Of a DNA stretch of 64,000 nt, positions 10,097-17,793 are shown in pieces. How positions within the stretch are numbered: the first letter of the stretch is position 1; every line of letters begins with the position of its first letter. This DNA comes from an uncultured Gemmatimonadales bacterium (GTDB lineage: Bacteria; Gemmatimonadota; Gemmatimonadetes; Gemmatimonadales; Gemmatimonadaceae). The stretch covers positions 96,001-160,000 of the forward strand of contig CAVPQB010000004.1 of NCBI GenBank assembly GCA_963707505.1, written 5' to 3'. Under the pieces are notes generated by a model that was not told the origin of the DNA, ran no database searches, and saw only the letters and a list, made by a program, of their open reading frames with translations. The position numbers and the translations under genes were made by a program.

Positions 10097-10116
10097 TATA
10101 CCGCACAAGCCGGGCC
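10097..10116 (-). promoter_or_regulatory. Putative sigma54 (-24/-12) promoter upstream of the FHA-kinase operon
   Basis: Minus strand reads GGCCCGGCTTGTGCGGTATA (GG-N10-GC); matches 3140-3158. Confidence 0.45.
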
Positions 10117-10282
10117 TATGTTGCCTCCCTGGAAGATAAGGGTTGGCCGGCGGGACCGTGAGGACTTCCATTCAGCAAGGGGGGGCTGGCCGGTCGCAAA
10201 ACGCCGGCAAATCGCCGCCAGGGCCCTGTAGCGCGAGGGGCTCGTCGCCCCGCGGGTGTTGTCACGCACCGGCTGCCGACAT

Positions 10283-10310
10283 CGTAATCCACCGCGGAAG
10301 CGGGGATTCA
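10283..10310. repeat. Degenerate REP-like palindrome
   Basis: CGTAATCCACCGCGGAAGCGGGGATTCA resembles the REP units at 24555-24657. Confidence 0.45.
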
Positions 10311-10337
10311 CGGATGGTGGCTGATTCAACAGTCGCG

Positions 10338-10406
10338 TTGCAGGTGTCACCGCTGGTGGGTGAACGACCGGTCTCCTGATTTTTCAGTAACCGGTGACAC
10401 CTGCAA
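10338..10406. repeat. 15-bp perfect inverted repeat with 39-nt spacer (REP/MITE-like)
   Basis: TTGCAGGTGTCACCG (10338-10352) and CGGTGACACCTGCAA (10392-10406). Confidence 0.75.
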
Positions 10407-10428
10407 AACTCACACGCCAATGCCTTTG

Positions 10429-10472
10429 CGCCTCGGCCAGTACCACCGCGCGCGGGGGTACTGGCCGAGGCG
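10429..10472 (-). terminator. 16-bp GC-rich hairpin downstream of the S9 peptidase gene (terminator-like)
   Basis: CGCCTCGGCCAGTACC / GGTACTGGCCGAGGCG perfect arms; no strong U tract. Confidence 0.6.
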
Positions 10473-10508
10473 TTAGCTCCTGCGTTATCTCCTGCGTTAT
10501 CTCCTGCG
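10471..10508. repeat. 12-bp tandem repeat (about 3 copies) of the S9 gene's last codons and stop
   Basis: Minus strand reads CGCAGGAGATAA CGCAGGAGATAA CGCAGGAGCTAA. Confidence 0.85.
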
Positions 10509-12863
10509 CGCCGCTCCCGCCGCCGGCGTAGCTATCTCGTATTCCTTCGGCGGCTCGGCGCCCATCAGATAGCGCACGAAGTAATCCCAGCGACGACGCA
10601 TCATGTAATCCGACGCCGCACCGTAGCCGTGGTGGGCGTTCGGGATGATTATCTCGTCGAAGTCCTTGTTCGCCTTGATGAGCGCATCCACCACGAGCAT
10701 GGTGTTGGACGGCGGAACGTTGTCGTCCATCGATCCGTGCGCGAGCAGCAGATGTCCCTTCAGATTCTTCGCTACGCTCTCGTTCGATTCGGCGGTGTAG
10801 TTATCGGTGCCATCGGCATTCTTCACCAACAGGCCCTGATAACGCTCGCCCCAATCGTCTTCGTAATTACGCTGATCGTGATTGCCCGACTCGGAGATCC
10901 CGACCTTGAAGAAATCCGGATAGCGGAACATCGCATCGGCGGTGGCGAAGCCGCCGCCAGAGTGACCGTAGATTCCTGCACGATCGATGTCGATCCACGA
11001 ATAACGTGATGCAAGCTCCTTCATCGCCGCGACCTGATCGGGCAGCGTGTTGTCGCGCCCCATCGCACCGTAGTAGGCGTCGTGGAAGCTCTTCGATCTG
11101 TCCGGCGTTCCCATTCCATCCACGGTTACCACGACGAAGCCAAGCTCCGCGAGCGCCTGTCGGTCGCTGCGCGCGGGCGAGAAGCTGCGCGATCCCACGC
11201 TGCCCGACTGCGGACCGGGATACGGGTTGTTGATGATGGGATATTTCCTCGTCGAATCGAAGTTGGTGGGACGGAACATCAGCCCATACAACTTTGTCTT
11301 GCCATCGTGTGCCGTTACCGAGAATGGAATCGGTGGCTTCCATCCGCTCGCGACGAGCTTCGAGATGTCCATGTGTCCGAGCTGCATCACGACGCGACCT
11401 GTTGCATCGCGCAGCACGACGGTTGGCGGAACGTCAGGCTTGGAGTACGTATCGACGAAGTAGCGTCCGTCGGATGATACCTGAATCGTATGGTCGCCAC
11501 TCTCGGGCGTCAGCTCCTTCCATCCCTTTCCGTCGAGCCCGACGCGATAGTAGTGCCTGAAGTACGGATCTTCCGCTGGATTGCGACCCAGCGCACCGAC
11601 GATGAGCGAGCGGCCCGTTTCGTCGACGTGCGCGATCTGCGTCACGGGACCTTCGCCGGTCGTGATCTTGTTGATGAGCTTGCCGGTATTGAGATCGTAC
11701 AGATACAGTTGCGCCCAGTTGTCGCGCTCGGACGACCAGATGATCTGATGCGCCGGCCAGATGATGCGCCATCCTGCAATCGACTCGAACTGCGTCGGTG
11801 AGCTTTCCTCGAACAGCGTGCGAACAGTGCCGGTGTTCGCGTCGGCCAGCTTGACCGTTTCATGCTTGTGGTCGCGCGATGTGTTCACGTACGCGAGCTG
11901 TGATCCATCCGGACTCCAGATGAGATCGGCCATGTTTATGTTGTCGCCCAGCATTGCGCGGTGATAGGCCGGCGCATCCTGGAGACGAATCACTTTCGCG
12001 TTGTCGACGTCGATTACCACGCGCGAGATCATCGAGATGACGCTGTCGCCTGGATACGCACCCTTCCAGTGCTCGAGGTGCGAGTGACCGACGCGCGTAT
12101 CGATGAGATACATATCACCGACCGGGCGATCGTCCTGTTGTTGTGTTGCGATCTTTTTCGAGTCGGGCGACCACAGCACGATCGGGCGATCGCTGTGGAC
12201 CCATCCCGCGTTGTCAGTTGCGTAGCCGAAGTTTTCCTTGCCGTCGGTGGTCAACTGCTTCTCGCGGCCGGTTGCGACGTCGCGAACCCAGAGGTTCCAG
12301 TCGCGAATGAACGCGACGCTCTTTCCGTCCGGTGACATTCCCGGCGGTGGCCCGAATGGACCGGGCCGCGGAGTGGTGTCGTTCACAGGGTTGCAGGTGC
12401 CGCCTCCCACATCGCAGCTCCAGCGTCGCCGTCCGATGTCGAGGACCACGTGCTTTCCGTCGGCGGAGAGCTCAGCGCGTTGCGCGGGGATGTTGCGCGG
12501 GTCGATCGTGCCTGCACCAGCGTGGGTCAGTGCCTGCGCGACTTCCGGAGCCTTGAAGAGCGGAGTGCTGGTCTTCCTTGCCGGATCGACGACTACCCAT
12601 TCGGCGCCAGTTGGAGTGGTGTTCTGATAGTAGAACCGATCGCCAGGCAACCAGGTGGCGCGGACGGCGCCGCCGCTCACGAGCGGATTCAGGTTTGGCG
12701 CGAGCATCTTGACGGCGCGGTCATAGTCGGCCGTGGTGAGCACGCGCTGTTGAGCGTGGATCGCAGGCGCGGCCGCGATGAGGGCGCCAGCGAGGGCGAC
12801 GCCGAGGTGGCCGCGGTAGTTGGTGCGGGAGCTGGTTGGAACGTGGGTGCTTCGGGTGTGCAT
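10497..12863 (-). CDS. Secreted S9 family dipeptidyl peptidase IV-like protein
   Basis: Signal peptide ending AIHA-QQ; beta-propeller region; nucleophile GHSGGG, Asp in DDNV, His in AHHGY. Likely start ATG 12863. Confidence 0.92.
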   Translation of the reverse strand: MHTRSTHVPTSSRTNYRGHLGVALAGALIAAAPAIHAQQRVLTTADYDRAVKMLAPNLNPLVSGGAVRATWLPGDRFYYQNTTPTGAEWVVVDPARKTSTPLFKAPEVAQALTHAGAGTIDPRNIPAQRAELSADGKHVVLDIGRRRWSCDVGGGTCNPVNDTTPRPGPFGPPPGMSPDGKSVAFIRDWNLWVRDVATGREKQLTTDGKENFGYATDNAGWVHSDRPIVLWSPDSKKIATQQQDDRPVGDMYLIDTRVGHSHLEHWKGAYPGDSVISMISRVVIDVDNAKVIRLQDAPAYHRAMLGDNINMADLIWSPDGSQLAYVNTSRDHKHETVKLADANTGTVRTLFEESSPTQFESIAGWRIIWPAHQIIWSSERDNWAQLYLYDLNTGKLINKITTGEGPVTQIAHVDETGRSLIVGALGRNPAEDPYFRHYYRVGLDGKGWKELTPESGDHTIQVSSDGRYFVDTYSKPDVPPTVVLRDATGRVVMQLGHMDISKLVASGWKPPIPFSVTAHDGKTKLYGLMFRPTNFDSTRKYPIINNPYPGPQSGSVGSRSFSPARSDRQALAELGFVVVTVDGMGTPDRSKSFHDAYYGAMGRDNTLPDQVAAMKELASRYSWIDIDRAGIYGHSGGGFATADAMFRYPDFFKVGISESGNHDQRNYEDDWGERYQGLLVKNADGTDNYTAESNESVAKNLKGHLLLAHGSMDDNVPPSNTMLVVDALIKANKDFDEIIIPNAHHGYGAASDYMMRRRWDYFVRYLMGAEPPKEYEIATPAAGAARRR

Positions 12864-13063
12864 TGTCGTACGGGTAAGTGGGAGTCCGCCAGTGCAGCGT
12901 TTGGTGCGGCGAGTGCGGTACAAGGAGTACGGGCTGCTACGCAAGCAGGTTGTAAGAATCACGTGGATATACAGGCATCGGGCGATGTCTGCCAGTGCCT
13001 TCATCTGTACGTTGTCCGACAGACGCCGCGAGCGCGGCGGCCGGCAGGGCGGAGAAGGCGTGC

Positions 13064-13092
13064 TTGACAATGCATGTTATAACATGTATTAT
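13064..13092 (+). promoter_or_regulatory. sigma70 promoter of marR with palindromic operator in the spacer
   Basis: TTGACA (13064-69), 17 nt, TATTAT (13087-92); perfect palindrome CATGTTATAACATG at 13073-13086; ATG 5 nt after the -10. Confidence 0.85.
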
Positions 13093-13097
13093 GCGTC

Positions 13098-13565
13098 ATG
13101 ACTCGCACGCTGCAGGAGGAGATTCGCCAGACCAGGCCGTTTCCGTCAAAGACGGCCGAGGCTCTCCTGTCCATACTCCGAACGGCGACCGTTATCGACC
13201 ACGAGCAGAACGAGGCTCTCCGGCCGCATGGGATAACACACACGCAGTACAACGTTCTTCGCATTCTTCAGGGTGCTGGCAAGGATGGGCTGTGCGGACG
13301 GGAGATAGCGGACCGGCTCATTTCGAAGGTCCCTGACGTTTCGCGCCTGCTCGACAGGATGGACGACATGGAGCTTGTGAGCCGAGTGCGCGATGCGGCT
13401 GACCGCCGGCACGTGACGGCGCGGATCACGCAGAAAGGCCGCCGTCTGCTCGTGCAGGCAACGCCCGACCTCGAGCTGATCGAGCGCAAGCGGTGCAGGC
13501 ATCTGGACCCGCGCGCGGTTGCGTCGCTGGTCAGCACGCTTGCCGAGATAAGAGAGCAGGTCTGA
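13098..13565 (+). CDS. MarR family transcriptional regulator
   Basis: GITHTQYNVLRIL...PDVSRLLDRM...LVSR.RD..DRR....ITQKG winged-helix pattern. Confidence 0.93.
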   Translation: MTRTLQEEIRQTRPFPSKTAEALLSILRTATVIDHEQNEALRPHGITHTQYNVLRILQGAGKDGLCGREIADRLISKVPDVSRLLDRMDDMELVSRVRDAADRRHVTARITQKGRRLLVQATPDLELIERKRCRHLDPRAVASLVSTLAEIREQV

Positions 13566-13584
13566 GTTTTTTTTGCAATAATAG

Positions 13585-13595
13585 ATGTTATAACA
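13585..13595 (+). promoter_or_regulatory. Second copy of the MarR operator core upstream of doxX
   Basis: ATGTTATAACA is identical to the core of the 13073-13086 palindrome and lies in an AT-rich intergenic stretch. Confidence 0.75.
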
Positions 13596-13654
13596 ACTAC
13601 TGTCATACCACGCACTTCGGAATACACCTCACAAACATTTTACCAACTACTCAA

Positions 13655-14179
13655 ATGACAACACCATTCATTGACATCGCGACTGCCAGCCTGGGGCTGC
13701 TGATCGTACGTATCACGCTCGGACTGCTGATGGCGGCGCACGGCAGCCAGAAGCTGCTCGGCTGGTTCGGCGGACATGGACTCGCAGGGACTGCGGGATT
13801 CTTCGATTCCCTCGGCTTCCGTCCGGGCAGGTTCTTCGCGACCCTTGCATCGGCTACTGAGGTGACAAGCGGACTTCTGCTCGCTCTTGGATTTCTCGGA
13901 CCGGTTGGTCCGGCTCTCATGATATCGGTGATGATCGTCGCCGCGGTGAGCATGCACTGGAAGAACGGTGTGTTCGCGGCGAACGGCGGCATCGAGGTGC
14001 CGTTGCTTTATGGCGTGGTCGCTGCCGGTTTGTTGCTTACAGGGCCGGGTCAGTACTCGCTCGATGCAGCGCTGGGGCTTGGGGTATTGGCGACGCCGAT
14101 GCTGGCGTGGGCCGCGCTCGCGGTCGGTGTAATCGGCGGAGTCATGAATCTGTTCGCGCGCAGGCCGGTGGCGGCGTAG
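13655..14179 (+). CDS. DoxX family membrane protein (CatD/MhqP-like)
   Basis: LLIVRITLGLLMAAHGSQKLLGWFGG...GGIEVPLL...GPGQYSLD; start ATG 13655. Confidence 0.9.
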   Translation: MTTPFIDIATASLGLLIVRITLGLLMAAHGSQKLLGWFGGHGLAGTAGFFDSLGFRPGRFFATLASATEVTSGLLLALGFLGPVGPALMISVMIVAAVSMHWKNGVFAANGGIEVPLLYGVVAAGLLLTGPGQYSLDAALGLGVLATPMLAWAALAVGVIGGVMNLFARRPVAA

Positions 14180-14188
14180 GTCGCCGAT

Positions 14189-14225
14189 GGCCCGTCACCC
14201 CCAGCGATAGCGGGGGTGACGGGCC
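14189..14225. terminator. Hairpin between convergent genes (probable bidirectional terminator)
   Basis: GGCCCGTCACCCCC / GGGGGTGACGGGCC 14-bp stem. Confidence 0.7.
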
Positions 14226-14246
14226 TTCACCGGGATGAATCGTCGC

Positions 14247-16508
14247 CTATCTTCCCAATTCGGCGGTCGCTTTCGTCACCAGCGCTGCTTCGGCGTTCAA
14301 GGCGGCTGACACGCGGGCCATTTCACTGGTTGCGAGCGGCCAGTCCTTCGCTTCGATCGCTTCGCGCACGCCTGGGATGGTCTTCACTCCGTAACCTGTG
14401 TTCACTCCGGGTGCGTAGAGCAGGTGCTTGAACCATGGACGGCCCGGCAGTCCGGCATCGGACGTCAGCATGTGCTCGCTCTTTATCAACTGAGTGTTGA
14501 GCGCGGCGAAGTTCTCCGACGTGGTCGCCGCGTCCAGTGCGTGCGTGAACGTCGTGTTGTACGCGGCTGCTGCGCGCGTCAGTGCCGCGGTGGCGCTGTC
14601 GAGTGCCGAGAAGTCGAGCTTTGGAACGTCGGGTTCGATGGTCGGCGCGGCCATGGGATTGCGCGGATCTGTCGTGAGGATGAACGTGCTGTCGCGCACT
14701 TCCCGGTTGTGCTCCACCGCGTCGGCGGCCATGCCGCTCGCCAGACGCTTCAACTCGCCCACATAGCCCTGCACGGTTTCCGCGAGATCCGTATAGTCGT
14801 ACGGAATCACATCCGCGTCCGCGAGCCGCATCATCGCCGTGCCGGTGGTCTGCGCAAGCGCGCGCCCGTACACGAAGCTGGTATCGGAGAAGTGCGTGTA
14901 CCAGTAGAAATCGTCGTACGCGGAGTGATACGACCCGCGCCCGCCTTCTCCGTAAAAGCCCAGGTCCATCGATGGAATGCCGAGGTGCTGCAGGAACGTC
15001 GTGTAATCGGAGCCGGAGCCGAGTGCGCCGATCGGAAGGTCTGCGCGCTTGCGGGTCGCCTCGCGCCGTGCGGCAGGGGCGCGCATTTCTTCGGCTGCAC
15101 GCATTCTCCGTTCGAGTGTCGCGCCGGTTTCTGGATCTGTCACGTCGCGCGCTACACCATTGATGAACTTCTCGAGTATGTGTGAGCCGCTGACGCTCAG
15201 ATATCCGCGACCGCTGTTGTCGCTGTTCAGATACGCAACTGCATGCTCGCTCAGATCCGCCGCATGCGTCTCGGCCCATTCTGCCGAGCCGAGCACAGCG
15301 GGCTCTTCACCGTCCCAGGCTGCATAGATGATCGTGCGCTTGGGACTCCATCCCTGCTTCTTGAGCGCGCCGAGTGCGCGCATCTCCTCGAGCTCGGCGG
15401 CGAGACCAGAGACAGGATCGTCCGCGCCGTTGACCCACGCGTCGTGGTGATTCGCGCGGATCACCAGCTGATCCGGTTGCGTGCTGCCTGTGAGACGTCC
15501 GATGACATCGTAAACCGGCTTGATGTCCCAGTTGGATTTCACCACGAGATGAACGCGCGCGGCGCCGGGTCCGATCTTGTACGTGATTGGCAGCGCACCA
15601 CGCCAGTCGCGCGGTGCGACGTCGCCGGTGATCGCAGCGAGCAGCGGTTTCGCGTCGGCGTAGCCGATGGGAAGGACGGGAATTTTGGTGAATACCTTGA
15701 CGTCCTTGAGCGCGAGACGCTTCGCATCTTTCGTCGCACCCACGCCCGGCGTCAACGGATCACCCTGATAGAGAGTCATCTCCATCACGCTGCCGCGTTG
15801 CACACTGTACGGTGCGCGAGCAGGTCCGACGGGGAAGGTGTCGTCGTCGGTGTAACCATCGTCCGCCGGATCTGAATAGATGATGCAACCAACGGCACCA
15901 TGCTCACCGGCGATCTTCGGCTTCACCCCGCGCCACGATCTGCCGTAGCGCGCGATGACTATTGCACCTTTCACGGAGATTCCGCGTCGCGCGAGCTCAT
16001 CGTAGTCGGACGGGAGCCCATAGTTGACGTACACGAGCGGACCCGTGACGTCACCGTCGATCGAGTATGCGTTGTATGGTGGAAGCTGTTGCGACGTCTG
16101 GTATGACGTTGGATCGCGGGGCACCGGCGGCTCTGCGAGCTTCGCGACGAAACGTGTTGGCGAGATCATCTCCAGCTTGCGTTCCTTCGGAGTCGGAAAG
16201 AGCACGTCGAACTGCTCGATGTGGGCATCCCATCCGGCATCCTGGAACTGCTTCAGCAACCACTCGGCGTTGTTCTTATCATACGGCGAGCCGACGTGAT
16301 GCGGATATGCGGTCAGGCGTTTCATGTCGGCGCGCATTCTCGCGGGACTCGGCAGTGCGCGAAACTTCGTCTCCCATTCCTGCTCGACGCGCGACGACGC
16401 TGGCGTGAAGCCCAGTATGTCGCCGGATGGTGCGAGTGAGACCGGCGTAGCAGGAACGGCCGCGATCGCGCCGAGTGAGATGACGAGTGGAAGGGAAATG
16501 AATCGCAT
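14247..16508 (-). CDS. M28 glutamate carboxypeptidase II-like peptidase (PA domain, transferrin-receptor-like dimerisation domain), secreted
   Basis: NHHDAW, GADDPVSG, WDGEE, YLNSD, GSGSDY and YHSAYD motifs; signal peptide from MRFISLPL (alternative GTG start 16553). Confidence 0.92.
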   Translation of the reverse strand: MRFISLPLVISLGAIAAVPATPVSLAPSGDILGFTPASSRVEQEWETKFRALPSPARMRADMKRLTAYPHHVGSPYDKNNAEWLLKQFQDAGWDAHIEQFDVLFPTPKERKLEMISPTRFVAKLAEPPVPRDPTSYQTSQQLPPYNAYSIDGDVTGPLVYVNYGLPSDYDELARRGISVKGAIVIARYGRSWRGVKPKIAGEHGAVGCIIYSDPADDGYTDDDTFPVGPARAPYSVQRGSVMEMTLYQGDPLTPGVGATKDAKRLALKDVKVFTKIPVLPIGYADAKPLLAAITGDVAPRDWRGALPITYKIGPGAARVHLVVKSNWDIKPVYDVIGRLTGSTQPDQLVIRANHHDAWVNGADDPVSGLAAELEEMRALGALKKQGWSPKRTIIYAAWDGEEPAVLGSAEWAETHAADLSEHAVAYLNSDNSGRGYLSVSGSHILEKFINGVARDVTDPETGATLERRMRAAEEMRAPAARREATRKRADLPIGALGSGSDYTTFLQHLGIPSMDLGFYGEGGRGSYHSAYDDFYWYTHFSDTSFVYGRALAQTTGTAMMRLADADVIPYDYTDLAETVQGYVGELKRLASGMAADAVEHNREVRDSTFILTTDPRNPMAAPTIEPDVPKLDFSALDSATAALTRAAAAYNTTFTHALDAATTSENFAALNTQLIKSEHMLTSDAGLPGRPWFKHLLYAPGVNTGYGVKTIPGVREAIEAKDWPLATSEMARVSAALNAEAALVTKATAELGR

Positions 16509-16631
16509 CGAGGCCGTGGTAGCTGTGGGCGGAGTGCTGGGAACTGGTGCCACGCCTAATATACGGTTGCTGACGACGAGTGCTGCGCATGCAGCACTCG
16601 CGGATTTCAGCGGGTGCGGCCGGGCTATGCG

Positions 16632-17213
16632 TCAGCTCAGCTCGCGCGCGAGCCATGCCTGCGCGAAGCGCAGATCGCGAAGGACCGTGGGAGCGGAAGT
16701 CGATAACACGCCGGCTGCTTCCTCCAGCGTCAGCCCCGCGAAGTAGCGTAGCTCGACCGCCTTTGCCTGTCTTGGATGAACTTGCTCGAGTCTGGCGAGC
16801 GCGTCGTCGAGCGCAAGCAACGATTCCGGGTCTGAATCCGCACTGGCGGCGGCGTCGGCGAGCTGGGACAGGTCCATGTCGACACGGACAGGCGCGCCGC
16901 CGCGTTTCTGCGCCTGACGGTGTTTCGCGTGATCTATCAACACGCGGCGCATTGCAGTGGACGCAACGGCAAAAAAATGATTGCGGTCCTGCCAGTCAGT
17001 GGTTGCGCCTTCCGTCAGACGAAGATAGGCCTCGTGGACGAGCGCGGACGTATCGAGCGTGTGGTCGACGCGCTCCGCGCGCAGGCGTGCACGGGCGATG
17101 TCGCGCAACTGATTATACACGCGTGGCAACAGATCTTCGAGCGCACCCTGATCACCGTCGCGCCAGCGACGGAGAAACTGCGTGACTTCTGATGGGTCCG
17201 GCGGATTCTGCAT
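16632..17213 (-). CDS. ECF sigma factor of the Ser/Thr-kinase-associated type (TIGR02999-like)
   Basis: EVTQFLRRWRDGD, DHTLDTSALVHEAYLRL, AMRRVLIDHA...KRGG, VELRYFAGLT.EEAA, RDLRFAQAWL. Confidence 0.9.
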   Translation of the reverse strand: MQNPPDPSEVTQFLRRWRDGDQGALEDLLPRVYNQLRDIARARLRAERVDHTLDTSALVHEAYLRLTEGATTDWQDRNHFFAVASTAMRRVLIDHAKHRQAQKRGGAPVRVDMDLSQLADAAASADSDPESLLALDDALARLEQVHPRQAKAVELRYFAGLTLEEAAGVLSTSAPTVLRDLRFAQAWLARELS

Positions 17214-17333
17214 CTGGAGTCTCGTAGGTCGCGCGCGGGTCAACACGTTCGATGAAAATCCCGGGTGTAATTCTCGCTTATTCCAGCGATGCTCATGAAG
17301 GAATCTTACATCTGTGGACAGAACAAGAGGCAT

Positions 17334-17793
17334 ATGCACCAAATTCCCGGTACCGATAAATCAGAATCGTCCAAGCCCGTATATCCTGGCCGGCCGGCTG
17401 GATCAACGGCGAACGCCGACGCCGATGTGGGCCGTTACTATGTATTCGTCGATCAGGTACTGCAGCGCGGCATGATGGAAGGCGTGGATGAATTTCTGGC
17501 CGACGACTTCATCGAACATGGCATCGGCGGGGATCACCCGCAGGGACGAATTTCTCTCACGCGTCCGCGGTCAGCGTGCACGATTTCCGGATGCCGTTTG
17601 GACGATCGAGCTGCTGGTAGCGGTGAACGGACTGGTTCTCTGTCATGCGACGATGACGGGATCCGAACAGGCGGCTGCCACGACACATACGTGGGAAAGT
17701 GTCGTCGTACGATTCGCTGCCGGAAAGATGGCCGAGTGCTGGCGCATGCGCGACGAGACGCCGGTCACGAATGGGAATGAAGCGCGAGCGTGA
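17334..17793 (+). pseudogene. SnoaL-like / ester cyclase (NTF2-like) protein with one frameshift near 17535
   Basis: First frame gives VDEFLADDFIEHG; the next frame continues RDEFLSRVRGQRARFPDAVWTIE...VRFAAGKMAECW. GAGG RBS precedes ATG 17334. Confidence 0.7.

Noticed and set aside
10340..10404. Two CACCTGC sites flanking a GGTCTC site, resembling a Golden Gate cloning cassette
   Set aside because: The two sites are a by-product of the natural inverted repeat; no vector or marker sequence nearby.
12864..13070. 69-codon N-terminal extension of the S9 ORF
   Set aside because: Runs into the marR promoter; the signal peptide fits a start at 12863.
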